Positions 42,282 through 60,019 of a DNA stretch of 64,000 bases are shown in pieces. Position 1 is the stretch's first letter. Each line of letters opens with the position of its first letter. Made by a program: the position numbers and the translations under genes. This DNA is from the human T2T-CHM13v2.0 reference genome, Homo sapiens, in NCBI RefSeq assembly GCF_009914755.1, contig NC_060929.1; one strand, given 5' to 3'. The notes beneath the pieces were generated by a model that did not search any database, was not told where the DNA came from, and was given only the letters and a program-made list of their open reading frames with translations.

Positions 42282-44292
42282 CCAGTCTCCTCAAAGACAA
42301 TCAAGAGGAAAAATATCTAGAATTTAAAGAAGCTGTAAGAAGCCTTGTTTAAATATGATTGTTAGTCCCTGCTAAAGTAGTGAATCAAGTTTTTCTGTTA
42401 TTATTCCAAAAGAAATAAGTCTTTTTGTACTGTTAGAACACATGGACTACATTGTCTTCTATATATGGAAGCCTAGCAGTGTGTGTGTCTCTGTGTGTAT
42501 TTGTGTGTGTGTGTGCCTGTTTGTGCACAGGATACTTTTCTGAATCACAATTGGATATAACCCACATGCGTACACACACACACGCACACACACATGGCAT
42601 TTTGTTGTGCCGTTCGCTGATTGTAATCAGTAAAATAAAATGTGCAAATTCAGGAGAAAATGGACTGAAAAAAGAGTTTCAGCATTATTTTAAACTGTTT
42701 CTTTCAAATAATTAATTTTCTATGATTGCTATTTATGGATTCAAAATTTCTATAAGTTGTATAAAAGAAATTAAGATATATCTTTGTCATCAAATAAATA
42801 TACCTGAGTGAATGTGAGACCACCTCTCAGGACTTGTAACATAGATAATTTATAGGTGGCAAGTCAATTCCCTACAGAACTAAATGTAAAATTGCATTTT
42901 ATTTTAAAATTGAAAATAACTTTTAAGAATAAATTAAACAAGCCTCTTCTCTTTTACCACATTATCTGCTGCACTGTTAGAAATAGATATTCTTAGTCTG
43001 CATGGTTTTAATTCTCAAGAAGTTTGGTATTATTTATATTTTCTACAATATGATCATCTAGTAAGTAAATTCTGTATTGATCTCTGTATGGATTAACCCT
43101 CCCCGAGGCACTAAGAGAAGGATAATATAAAATAGATATTAAGAGATGCAAAGAAACATGCTGATTATGTTTATTTGATTTATCTGTCTATTGACTCATC
43201 AAGTAAAAAGAAATTGCTCTGCTTGCGTGAATTTAACCCTTCCTACTTATACTTATCTCACCTCTGCCCCCCCATAGGATATTATTGAATGTGGCATAAG
43301 GTCCTGGTGGTATATAACTTGTCAGTTGGACAAGTGGTGACTGATAGAATTCCTTAAGGCAGTTAGGGCCTAAAGGTCATGAGAGCAGAAAATAAGCAGA
43401 AAAACTGAGATCATTCCCATTTGACTAAACCAGCACTCATGTCAGGTCTCTTTTCTCTCAACTCATTATAAGTAGAATGCTATTGTGCATGTGTGTGAAG
43501 GGAAGAAGGGATTACTGGATATTCCAAGTATTCTAATTTTGCTTATTTTTTGTCCAGCATGAGGTTGAAAGGTGTCTAGCATTTTCCAGTGAAGAATGCA
43601 GTGGCTAGGAAAGGTTCTTTTAAACTGAAATAGGAAAATAGTCTTAATTCTAACATGAGATGGTTGGAAACACCAAATAACTTGAGTTTGCACATAGACA
43701 GATAAAGAGTAATGAGGGAGAACACAGGAGGAAAGGGGAGAAGATTCAAAGTAAGGAAAAGGGACAAGAAAAAAATCTAAACTTTACCTAAAATTGTTGA
43801 GGCACTTATGATTTTTGCTGTTACTGAGCTTAGTGGCTATTATCAGTATTCTTATTAAAAATTAACAAGAAAAGTCTGACTATATTTCTGGAAGGCCTGT
43901 CAGATAAGATAAAAGAGACTAGGGAGGATATAGGAGAATAAATACAGAAATATCAAACATCAAATATTTAAGAAGAAAAGAAAAATAAATATATGTTGAA
44001 CATGCCATTATATTGGCAAAAGAAAAAAAATAATATTATGGAAATTGAATTGCTTTAAAGAAAATATCCCTCCCTCCAATTTTCTTATTTTGGTGACATT
44101 TTAAGACTTAAGAAATTATTTAAATTTATGACATTCTATGTCTCTTTTAAAGGCTCTTAATACTCTACTCCATGGTGCAAGTTCTCCTAAATATCAAAAG
44201 AATTAAAAATAAATATGAAAATATATTTTAAAACTTAACATAAAAAATACAATCACAACATGAAGCCCGGTAGTCAATCCATTAACAGAATA

Positions 44293-44990
44293 TTTTTAAA
44301 AAATTTCAGTAGCTTTAGGGGTACAAGTGGTTTTGGTTATGTGAATTAATTGTATACTGATGAAGTTTGGGCTTTTAATGTTCCTGTCACTGAATAGTGT
44401 GCATTGTACCCAATAGGGAGTTTTTGCTCTCTAACACCCCTCCCAATCACCTCGACTCTGAGTCCAATGTCCATTATACCATTCTGTATGCCTTTTCATA
44501 TACATAGCTTAGCTCCCACTTGTAAGTAGAACATGTGGTATTTAGTTTTCCATTCCTGAATTTCTTCACTTAGGATAATGGCCTCCAGTCCAATTCAAGT
44601 TTCCACAAAAGACATTATTTTATTCCTTTTTATGATTGAGTGTTACACCATGGAATACTATGGTATATATATATATACATACACACATATACACATATAT
44701 ACACACACACATATATACATATATATACACACACATATGTGATATATATGTGTGATATATAGATACATATATGTGATATACACATATATTTGTGGTCTAA
44801 TTATATTTTCTTTTTTCATTCACTGGTCAATGGACACTCAGGTTGATTCCATATCTTTGCAATTGTGAATTGTGCTGTAATAAACATATGAGTGCAAGTG
44901 TTTTTTTTTTTTTTGATACAATGACTTCTTTTCCTTTGAGTGAATATCTAGTAGTAAAATTGCTGGCTCAACTGGTAGATCTACTTAGAA
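44293..44990 (-). mobile_element. L1PB-type 3' end with internal (TA/CA)n tract (44664-44790)
   Basis: gctttaggggtacaagtggttttggtta...catagcttagctcccacttgtaagt...ataatggcctccag. Confidence 0.85.
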
Positions 44991-45253
44991 TCTTGAAAGA
45001 ATTTCCAGAAAAACAAGAGGGATGGGAGATGGCTTATGAACAAGATTAGTGAGCTATATATATTTAGCTGCTGATATTTTTGAAACAAGGTGGAAAAACC
45101 TTTCCTCCCACACATTCTAGTTCATAACATCAAAGTTCAAGTGAATTATAGTCTAAAAATTAGGCATCCATTTCTCTACTAAAAGATGTTTCTCTTGAGA
45201 AAGTTACAATATCTCTGTCTAAGTATCCTTCATATATGTTACTTTTAGAGGTT

Positions 45254-45610
45254 TGATATGGTTTGGGTATGTGTCCCCACCCAAATATCACCTTGAATTG
45301 TAATAATCCCCACATGTCAAGGGACAGACCCAGCGGGAGGTAATTGAATCATGGGGGTAGCTTTTTTTCATGCTAGTCTGGTGATAGTTAATAAGTCTCA
45401 CGAGATCTGATGGTGAAGATCAGGGAAGTTCCCCTGAACATGTTCTCTTGCTTGCTGCCATTAAAGACATGCCTTTGCTTCTCCTTCCCCTTCACCAAGA
45501 TTGTGAGGCTTCCCCAGCCATGTGAAACTGTGAATCCATTAAATCTCTTATCTTTACAAATTATCCAGCTTTTCCAAATTATCCAGTCTTGGGTATGTCT
45601 TTATTAGCAG
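45254..45610 (+). mobile_element. THE1 (C/D-like) solo LTR lacking its last ~20 bp
   Basis: tgatatggtttgg...gggaggtaattgaatcatggggg...gggtatgtctttattagcag; internal duplication caaattatccag. Confidence 0.9.
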
Positions 45611-48600
45611 ATTTGACTTCCATAACACAATTTGGCAAGAACAGAGCATTGAAAGTAGATTTTTGCACTCTGAGAGGTATGGACCTGTTGAGAGCCCAGA
45701 AATACATTTCTGTGGAAATTTTTGTCTAGTTCATATTTAGTTTATCAGGAATGTACAAGAACCAAGCTGTGGAGATATAATGAGATTCTCAATTTAGTCC
45801 AACACACCAGAAAAGAGCCTGCTGGACACTTAGGTTGTACCTGTCAAATTTTACAATTACAGAGCTGAAGAGGGCATTCCAGTTAGTACTCAAGCAGTTG
45901 GTGGATTTAAAAAAAAAGGCAAGAAAATATCTGCAACTACTAGATCTGAACATATTTTATACTAAACTAATAATAATTAAATAATAATAACAAACATGTA
46001 GTATATATAAAATAAAAACAAAACATCATCCTAGAAACTTGAGAGAACCATAGCTAAAAAGTTGTCTATTACAAAACTAGGATTTTTTTAAAAAAACAAC
46101 TTGGTAACCACAGTGCTATGTAAGAAGATATTGCTATGAGGAAACCACAAGGTGAATTTTGAAAAATCTATAGGAAAAAAAAAAAGCAGTAAACTGCAAT
46201 TAGATTTTATTTTCATTAATTTCAATTTTATATTTTACATTACATAGAGCACCAAAAGATTGAAAAAAACAGATAAGCAAAAAGTAGCATTTTTTAAGAT
46301 CCTTTTATAGGTTATTAGTAAAAGATGGAAATTGCTGAAATCAAATCAGTAATGCAGAGGACAAACTTGTGAAGCTCTCCCAAAAGCAGAGGAAAAGGAT
46401 TTTTTTAAAAAAGATAAAATTGAAAAGAGAGACAGGGAGAGATCCTTCCTAAAAATCACAGGATTCTTGAAAAAGAAATCAGAGCTGGGAGAAGCAACAG
46501 ACAAAGATGTAATAAAGTGGAAAACAAAAGCTTTCCTGAGGTTAAAAAAAAAAGCCAAGACAACAGCTGGCAATTTTTGGTAACAATTATATTCCTGCCA
46601 ACACAGGAATACATATTTAGTGAAAAATCTTTGGAGTATGAGAGAGAGAGAAAGAGAGACAGGAAGACAGAGAGAGTTAGTTAAAGTCAAGAAGGGAAAC
46701 AAAAACAAGATGGGACACTAGACGTATGTGAAGCCTCTGGCATTTACAGCTACTGAAAACCGGAAACGCAGCCCAAGTCCTACTCAGACTAACATAAATC
46801 CTCATGTTAAAGGCCTATTTATCTCAGTGCCTGTTCCTGATAAAATATGTCTGGCTTTCAACAACAAATTTGAAGACATATCAAAAGAAGGTAAGAAAAC
46901 ACAATCTGAAAAAGACAAAAGAAACATCAGAACCAGGTACATATGTGAAAGAGATGTTACAATTATTGTACAGAGAATTTAAAATAACTATCATTAATAT
47001 TTAATGGATGTCATGGAAAAAGTAGACATGATTCAAGAACAGACGGATAATAAATGTAGAGAGATAGAAAAATTTAAGAAATAATCAAAAGCATATACTG
47101 GAAAAAGAAAACCTATAATAGAACTGAAAAATGCCTTTGATGAACTCATTAGTAGACTGAGCATGGCTAATGAAAGGATAAATGAGCTTGAAGATAGATC
47201 AAAGTGCAAGGTAAAGAAGAAAAAAGGGTCGAATAAATAGAACAGAATATCCACGAACTGTGGGAACATTTCAAAAAGTATGACATATGTGTAATTAGAA
47301 TACCACTAAGATAAGAGAGAGGCACTGAAGCAAAAAACTGTATGTATATTTAAATAGTGGTTGAGAATTTTCCAAAATAAATGATAAACACTAAGCCACA
47401 GATCCGGAAATCTCAGAGATCACCAAGAAGGACAAATACCAAAACAAACAAACAAAATCAACACATTCAAATTGCAGAAAACCAAAGAGAAAAGAACATC
47501 TTTAAAAAAGCAGTGGTGGTAATGGTAGGGGCACTTCAGGTATAGAGAAGCAAGTATAAGAATTACAGTAGATTTCTTGTGAGAGCCATGTAAGCATAAG
47601 AGTGGAGTGAAATATTTAAAATATTGAAATATAAAATACACCAACCTAGAAGTCTAAATCCAGCAAAATTATTCTTCAAAAGTGAAAAAGAAAGTCTTTG
47701 CAGAGAAACAAAAACTGGAAGGATTAATCTCAAGCAGACATTCCCTGTTAGAATTGTTAAAAGAAGTTCTTCCCAGAAAAAAAAATTATGTAAGTCAGAA
47801 ACTTGGATCTACATAAGGAATGGAAGAGTATTAAAGAAAAAATAAATAAAGTTAAATAAAATATTTTGGGAGCAGGGTCAAGATGGCTGACTAGAAGCAA
47901 CAGTGATCAGAGGCTCCCATCAAAGAGAACCGTAACAACTTGCAAATCCTGCACCTGCAACCAAGGTATCCATGTTCTATCATCAGAATGGACTAGGCAG
48001 CTGGCATGACCAGCTCCATGGGGAGAGGAAGGAAGAATAGTGTGGTGCAGCAGACCACCTGAGAGAGGCACAGGGCAGGGGACCCCCCAAACCCCAGTCA
48101 AGGAAGGCAGTGAGTGAGCATGCTACTCAGCCTGGGAAAACGTGCTTTTTCCACCTGTAACACATGGATTGGAAAACCCCACCCGTGAGCCCATGCCACC
48201 AGTGCCTAGGGTCCCAACCACAGAGCTGCGCAGATTCTCAACAGCCACTAAGCTAGAATCTGCTAAAGCCTGCCGAGCTCCAGGAAGAGGGGCGACCAGC
48301 ACCACACGTGTGGCTGCCTGCAGTCTAAGCCATTTGGGCTCCTTGGGAGAGGGGCGACAGCCAACGCTCGGACTGATAGCGGCCTAACACACTAAGCTCC
48401 CAGGGCAGGGAAAAGGTGGCGGCCATCTTTATAGCTCAGGGCCACGCTTTTCCACTGCTGGAGTTGGGGAGGCTGGACAGCTTGGTCCCGAGAGGTATCC
48501 CGCACAGCCTAATACACTGGCTGTGGCAGACTGAGGACAGAGTGCCTCCAGTCCTGACCCTGACCCATCCCGCCTCACTCGGCAGGGCCTCCCTGCAGGA

Positions 48601-49196
48601 ACTCCAACAACTCCAGCCAGGGGTTCAGGGACAGAACTCTGATCTCCTTGGTCCTGAGCCCCTAGTGGGAGAGGTGGCCGCTGTCTCCACAGACCAGCAG
48701 ACTTAGTCTTTCCTCCTGCTAGTTCTGAGCAATCTGGGCAGCCCAGAAGAGTGGGTTTCCCCGGGGTGAAGCACAACTCCTCCACCAAATGACAGTCAAA
48801 GTGTTTCGTCAAATGGGTCCTGCTCCCTGTGGCACTCAACTGGGTGAGACCCTCCAACAGGAGTTGACAGACACCCTGTACAGGAGGGTTCCTAATGGCA
48901 TCAGGTCAGTGTTCCTCGAGGTCAGAGATGCCAGAGGGAAAATCAGATACCATTCTCCAGCCTCCTTGAGAGGTATCTCCAGGCACAAGAGTGAACCAGA
49001 TGAATAGCGCCTGAAGTGAACCCTCAGCAAACTGCAGCAGCCCTACAGAAGAGGGACCTGACCATTGCAAACAAAACAAAACAAAACAAAACAAAACAGA
49101 AAGCAAGAAAAACAGCATCAACAAAAAAAAGTCCTCACAAAAACCCCATCCAAGGGTCAGCAGCCTCAAAGATCAATACTAGACAAACTGACAAAG

Positions 49197-50235
49197 ATGA
49201 GAAAGAATCAACAACAACAACAAAAAAAAACGCTGAAAACTGAAAGGCAGAGTGCCTTTATTTCCCCTCCAAATAATCACAGCACCCCTCCAGCAAGGGC
49301 TTAGAACTGGATGGTGGTTGACACAGATGAATTGACAGAAGTAGGCTTCAGAAGGTGGGTGATAACAAACTACACTGAGCTAAAGGAGTGTGTTCTAACA
49401 GAATGCAAAGAAGCTAAGAATCTTGATAAAAAGTTAGAAGAGCTGCTAACTAAAATAACCAGTTTAGAGAGAAACATAAATGACAAAATGGAGCTGAAAA
49501 ACACAGCACAAGAACTTCCTGAATCATACACAAGTGTCAATTGCCAAATCGACCAAGCGGAAGAAAAAATATCAGAATTTGGAGACCATTTTGCTGAATT
49601 GAGGCATGCAGACAAGATTAGAGAAAAAAGAATAAAATGAATGAACAAAACATCCAAAAAATATGAGATTATGTAAAAAGACTGAACCATACAATTGATT
49701 GCAGTACCTGAAAGAGACGGGGAGAATGGAGCCAAGCTGGAAAACAACCTTCAGGATATTATTCTAGGAGAACTTACCCAACCTACCAAGATAGGCCAAC
49801 ATGCAAATTCAGGAAATACAGAGAACTTCACTAAGATACTCCACAAGAAGATCAACCCCAAGACACATAATCATCAGATTCTCCAAGGTGAAAAAGAAGG
49901 AAAAAATGTTAAGGGCAGGCAGAGAGAAAGCTCAAGTCACCTACAAAGGGAAGGCCATCAGACTAACAGCAGACCTCTCCATAGAAACCACACAAGCCAG
50001 AAGAGATTGGAGGCCAATATTCAACATTCTTAAAGAAAATAATTTTCAACTCAGAATTTCATATCCAGCTAAACTAAGTTTCATAAGCGAAGGAAAAATA
50101 AAATCCTTTCCAGACAAACGAATATTGAAGGATTTCATCACCACCAGCTCTGCCTTGCAAGAGCTCCTGAAGGAAGGACTAAATATGGAAAGGAAAATCC
50201 AGTACCAGCCACTGCAAAAACAAACCAAAATATAA
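49197..50235 (+). pseudogene. Disrupted L1 ORF1p
   Basis: MRKNQ start; ORFs 49311-49640 (coiled coil) and 49801-50235 (RRM/CTD). Confidence 0.88.
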
Positions 50236-50295
50236 ACAGCAATGACACTATAAAGAAGATGCCTCAACTAGTGTGCAAAATAACCAGACAGCATC

Positions 50296-54128
<3,833 letters not shown>

Positions 54129-54496
54129 AGTATGAGAACACATGGACACAGTGCAGGGGACAACACAAACTGGGGCCAGTCGGGGTATAGAGGGTGAGGG
54201 GAGGGAGAACATTAGGACAAACAGGTAATGCATTCAGGGCTTAAAACCGAGATGATGGGTTGATAGGTGCAGCAAACCACCAAGGCACTCGTATATGTAT
54301 GTAACAAACCTACACATTCCGCACCTGTATTCCAGAACTTAAACTAAAATTTTTAAAAAAGAAAAAATCACACAATATTCAAAGTATATTATAAAAGTAG
54401 TTAAAATTCAATATACTTCTAGACATGGAAACACATTCATGATATATTGTTCAACCAGAAAAATCAGATTAAAACATGGAGTTTATGAAAAAAAAA

Positions 54497-54975
54497 AGAA
54501 ACATGCACTCATATTTTCATTACCACGCCATTCACAATAGCAAAGACAGGGAATCAACCCAGGTGCCCATTAATGGTGGATTGAATAAAGAAAAGGTACT
54601 GCATATGCACCATGAAATACTACACAGCCATAAAAAGAATGAAATCATGTCCTTTGTGGGAACATGGATGCAGCTGGAGGCCATTATCCTAAGTGAATTA
54701 ATGTAGGAACAGAAAACCAAATACTTCATGTTCTCACTTATAAGTGGGAGCTAAGCAATGAGTACACATGGACATAAAGATGGCAACAATACACACTGGG
54801 GACTACTAGAGGGTGGAGACAGGGGCAAGGGCTGAAAAACTACTTATTGGCTACTATGCTCATTACCTATGTGATGGGATCATTCATCCCCCAAACCTCA
54901 GCATCACACAATAAACTTGCACACTTATCCCCTGAATCTAAAATAAAAGCTGAAATTATTTTTTAAAAAGAAATA
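54497..54975 (+). mobile_element. Older L1 3' end (L1PA16/L1PB-type), 5'-truncated
   Basis: gggcaagggctgaaaaactac...ccaaacctcagcatcac...cctgaatctaaaataaaag. Confidence 0.85.
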
Positions 54976-56481
54976 AAGATAAAAATACAGTAAAATTTTT
55001 TTGTATTATTAATTGATATAAAATATAACTGGTTAGGTAATAATAGTGGCAAAGTATTGAGTGATTATAGCACACACAGAGACAAGTGAAATGAATGACA
55101 GCAATATAATAGTGATCAGAGGGATGGAATGGGACTACTTTTTAAGAAGTACCTGCACTGCACATGAAGTGATATAATATTATTTGAAGGTGGAATTAGA
55201 TTAGTTTAAAATGTATATTGAAAATTTTAGGTAAAACCAAATTTTTTAAGAAAGAATTATAATGGATACCCTGAGAGAAGAGATACAATGGAATCATATA
55301 AAATGCCCAAGTAAAATCAATGAAGACAGAAAAGGAGGGGCAAAAAATATACAAAGAACAAATATGGTTAATGGAAAACAGTTATAAGAATTGTGGATAA
55401 TAATACAAATATGGAGAAATTACTTCAAATCTTAATACTGTAAATATACCAATTAAAATATAGATTTTCTAAGTAGGTAAAAAGCAAAAAAAAACTAGGC
55501 CCAACTACGTATTGTCTACAAGATAACCACTTTACGAAGACTGAGGTAGGTTAAAGTAAAAGCATAGAGAAATAATACTAACCAAAAGAAAGCAGTAGTA
55601 GCATCACTAATTTTGGACAAAGCTGATTTCAAAACAAAGAAAATTATGAAGAATACATAGAAGCATTGCATAGTAATAAAGGGGCCAATTTCCACAAAGA
55701 CATAGTCATTCTAAACATGTATACACTTGTCAACCAAGTATCAGGACACCTAAGATCAGAGGCTAAAACTGAGACAATTGAAAAAGAAATAGACAAATCC
55801 ACTATTATAGTAAAAGATTTCAACACTTCTTCTTCAGTAATTGACAGACCAAACAGACAGAAAAGCAGTAAAAATGTAGTTGACTGGAATAACACTATTA
55901 ACAACTTTATGCAATTGACATTTGTAGATTGCTTCATACAACAACAGCAGAATATACATCTTTTTCAAGCACAAATGGAGTATTCAACAAGATAGATTAC
56001 ACTGGGAACATTAAAACACACCCTTAAAAATTTAAAGGAATAAAATTCATACATAGTATGTTCTCAGAAAGTAATAGAAGCTAGAAATCAATAATCGATT
56101 GCTAAAAATCTTCAAATACCGGAAAATTAAACAATGCCCTTGTAAAGTAATACATGAGTCAAGGAGGGAGTTGCAAGAGAAATTAACAATATTTTGACTT
56201 AAATAAAAATGGAAATTCAACTTATCAAAATTTATGACGTAGTGAATGTTGTAATTGGGGAAAATTTACAGCATTAATGCATATATTAGAAAAGAAGAAA
56301 GATCTCAAATCAGTAACGTAATATTCCATCTTAAGTACACATTTTAAGAAAGAGAAGAATAATTTAAGCCTGAAGCAAGCAGAAGAAAATAAGAAATAAA
56401 AAGTAAAGCAGAAACCAATTAAAAATTGAAAATATAAAGAAAAGCAATAAAATCAAAAGCTAGGTTTAAAAAAAATTAATA

Positions 56482-56823
<342 letters not shown>

Positions 56824-57829
56824 CTAGCTAATTAAAAAAGACACAAGTTACCAATATTATAATTGATAATCAAATGTATTCTTATATTCTAACTTTTTTA
56901 CATTGTGGTAAAAGGCTGCAGTATAAATATTGTTGACTTTTAGTAATTTCTTGAGGATGTCTTTCTCAACTAAATGTTATATCACTTCTTAAAGTGTTCC
57001 ATAGATGTTTAAAATCAAGATTTATTCTGTGTTGACATGGTAGATAATTCTATATGCATATTTATACACACATATAATTTATTATATCTTTTTTATACTT
57101 GAAATGTTAACATAAATTACTACTTTTTTACTTCATATGTAATGCATTACTAATTTTACAAGTTTTTTTGCTTCTGACAGTATTATATATCTTGACATAT
57201 TCATTTTATGTTTAGACTTTCATAATTCCTGTTTTTATAAACTATTTCCATTAACATAAAATGTTCTTGATTTTCCTTTGAATTGTATATTGCTATATAG
57301 TAATAATGCAAATTTTGCTTAAAACGTGAATGGTATATGAATGATACATGAAGAAAACTTATCAGTGTTTCATTTGTATTACATTCTGAAAATTTATATT
57401 GTCAGATATTATTTTGCCATAAAATAAAATTCTGTGTGATTTTTTGTTTTGCTAATAATCTCTCTTGTTCTATTATTCCAATCTAGTGGATAACTTTATG
57501 ATATTTGGGCTTGTAATAGGCGATTTTGTGTTTGTTTGTTATTTTGTTTATCAACATTAATAGCATTTATCTAGGGCTTAATACAAACACCCCATTCTTA
57601 AACAATATATAAATATATAAAATAAAACAAATATTGCTCTTTCCAACTTTCACATACAATTTCGAGTGAATCTTTTGTACACATACACACTCATATGTGT
57701 ATATATATACACATAAATATATATACAACACACATCCATAGATATAGGTATAATTGTGTAATTTTTAATGTAACATGCAAAATATATCTTTCTGACCCAC
57801 ATGGTAAATCAAGAACCCACATTATTTTT

Positions 57830-58100
57830 TGATTCTTTATCTCCTTTCAACATTTACATGGTTGCTGCTGTTGCTGCCATTCCTCAGATCCTGCCAACAA
57901 TAGGCCGTACGAGGTGGAGAGAGCATGGAGGTGGCAGGACAATCTTAAAGCCTCCATTCTAGAAGTAGCATTCATCACTTCTGCTCACTTTCAATTAGTA
58001 AGAAAGAGTCATATTAAGGAGGTTGAGAAAGGGAAAACAGTTGGAAAGCCATGTGTCTGTCTACAGTTTGATTACTGTAGAAGAAAAGTAGAACACTTTT
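57830..58100 (-). mobile_element. Old MaLR LTR remnant (MLT1J/K-like)
   Basis: cttaaagcctcc...agaagtagcattcatcacttctgctcac. Confidence 0.5.
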
Positions 58101-58306
58101 AAGTGAAAGGCCATGAGTATCTTCACATTCGTTTATATATTTATAAGTGCATGTGCATGAATATATATTTGGGACATAATTTAGAGATGTAATTAACAGG
58201 TCAAAATATGCATTTGGAAGTGGCACAGACACTGCTGAGTTGGCCTCAAACTATTTTTTATCTAATTACAATGGCATTAATATTGATTGATTCACCATTC
58301 AACACA

Positions 58307-58762
58307 TGTGATGGTTAATTTTATATGCTAACTTGACTAGGCTAAGGAATACCCAGATACCTTCCAAAACATTATTTCTGGGTGGGTCTGTGAGACTGTT
58401 TCTGGAAGAGCTTATAATTTGAATCAGTAGACTGAGTAAGGAAGATCCACTCTTTCTGTGTAGTCTAGCATCATCCAATTCATTGAGGGCCCAAATAGAA
58501 CAAAAATGTGGAGGAAGGGTGAATTCTCTCTCTCTCCTGGAGCTGAGACATTCATCTTCACCTATCCTTGGACATGGGAGCTCTGGTTCTTAGGCCTTCA
58601 TACTCAAGCTGAATTATTGTATCAACTTATCTCGTTCTCCAGCTTGCAGATAGCATATTGTATGACTTCTAAGAGTCCATATTGCATAAGCCAATTCGCA
58701 TAATAAATCGCATCTTATATGTCTATATATATGCCATTGTTTCTATTTCTCTGGAGAACCCA
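58307..58762 (+). mobile_element. MLT2 (ERVL) solo LTR
   Basis: tgtgatggttaattttat...aacttgactaggctaag...gaatcagtagactgagtaa...ttctctggagaaccc. Confidence 0.88.
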
Positions 58763-60019
58763 CATCTTAATCAGCATTGGATACTGTCAATACTTTGACA
58801 ATTATTTTACAATCTGACTATTGTATTTTAAATTTTGTATTTGCCTTTCTCTTATTATTACTAAGTTTGCCCCTTTCCTAATAGGTTTTGGCCACTAAAA
58901 TTTCTTTTTCTATCAATTTCTTGTTTATATTTTTTAAGTTTTAAAATACCAGATTGGATGCTAAGAATGTATGCAAACTTGTTAAAACTATCTTTTATTA
59001 AAAATAAGGACATTTTCAAAATTACCCACCTTTTTTCTCCTCTACTCACCTCCAAATTTCTGTTAGCACTACTGGAATTTTTGATCTAAGGACTCATAAT
59101 TAAGTAATCATTTTTTATTTTATGTGGTTTTTCTTCTAAAATTTATTTTTCTATTAAGCATATATACAAGTATTATTTCTAATTACTTTATACTTAAATA
59201 GTCTCAATCTCATTAACAATCATGGTATACTATGACTTATCAATACATAAAATGTTTATTTTGTAACTTTCATCCAGCTTTAGTGTTTTTTATGAAATAT
59301 TGCTGGAAGGAAAACAGTGACAGGTCTTCTGAGTTATGTTACATCTAAAATGGCTTTTATGGGGGTTATAACTAAAAAAATTCAATTGGTTTTGTCAAGA
59401 ATGATAAAGAATCTAAGATTTTACCCTTTCTGAAAGCTGACAAGTTAGGCTAGTCAGACTGGTGAAGTTTCCCAAATGCTGGTAAAACACACAATACCCC
59501 TGGGTCAAAAAAAAAAAAAAGACCTTTATTACTCACAGAAATTAGAGTATCATAATTTTCTTGTACTGTTCCAGAGACCAAATTCTCATAACACACAGAA
59601 GAGAGGGCCAGGTAACTCTTGCATATGCAATAGATTGTATTATAGGAGAAGAGCAATGAATTTAGAAAGCCAAAATCTTTTAATGTGGAAAATGTGCAAA
59701 CTGCCTTTTGCTCCAAAGGGAGACAATATTTCTATCTCTCAAAGCTGTTCACTACACAACCATCCTTGAAAAAATAGTCTGCAACAAAAGCAGTCAGTGG
59801 AGAAAATTATCCAGTGCTACATGTTTAATGTGAGTCCTAAGCAAGCCATAATTTTCTTCCTTTATAAATAACATTATTTCTTGTCATGATGCTTTTGGGA
59901 TAGTTTTAAGCATTCTACATTTCACCAACCTATATCTAGGTATTAGTAACTTCTAATTAATTTTATCTAAATTTATAAATACTTGGAATTAAATAATTTA
60001 TATCATTGTTTTCTCCTTT

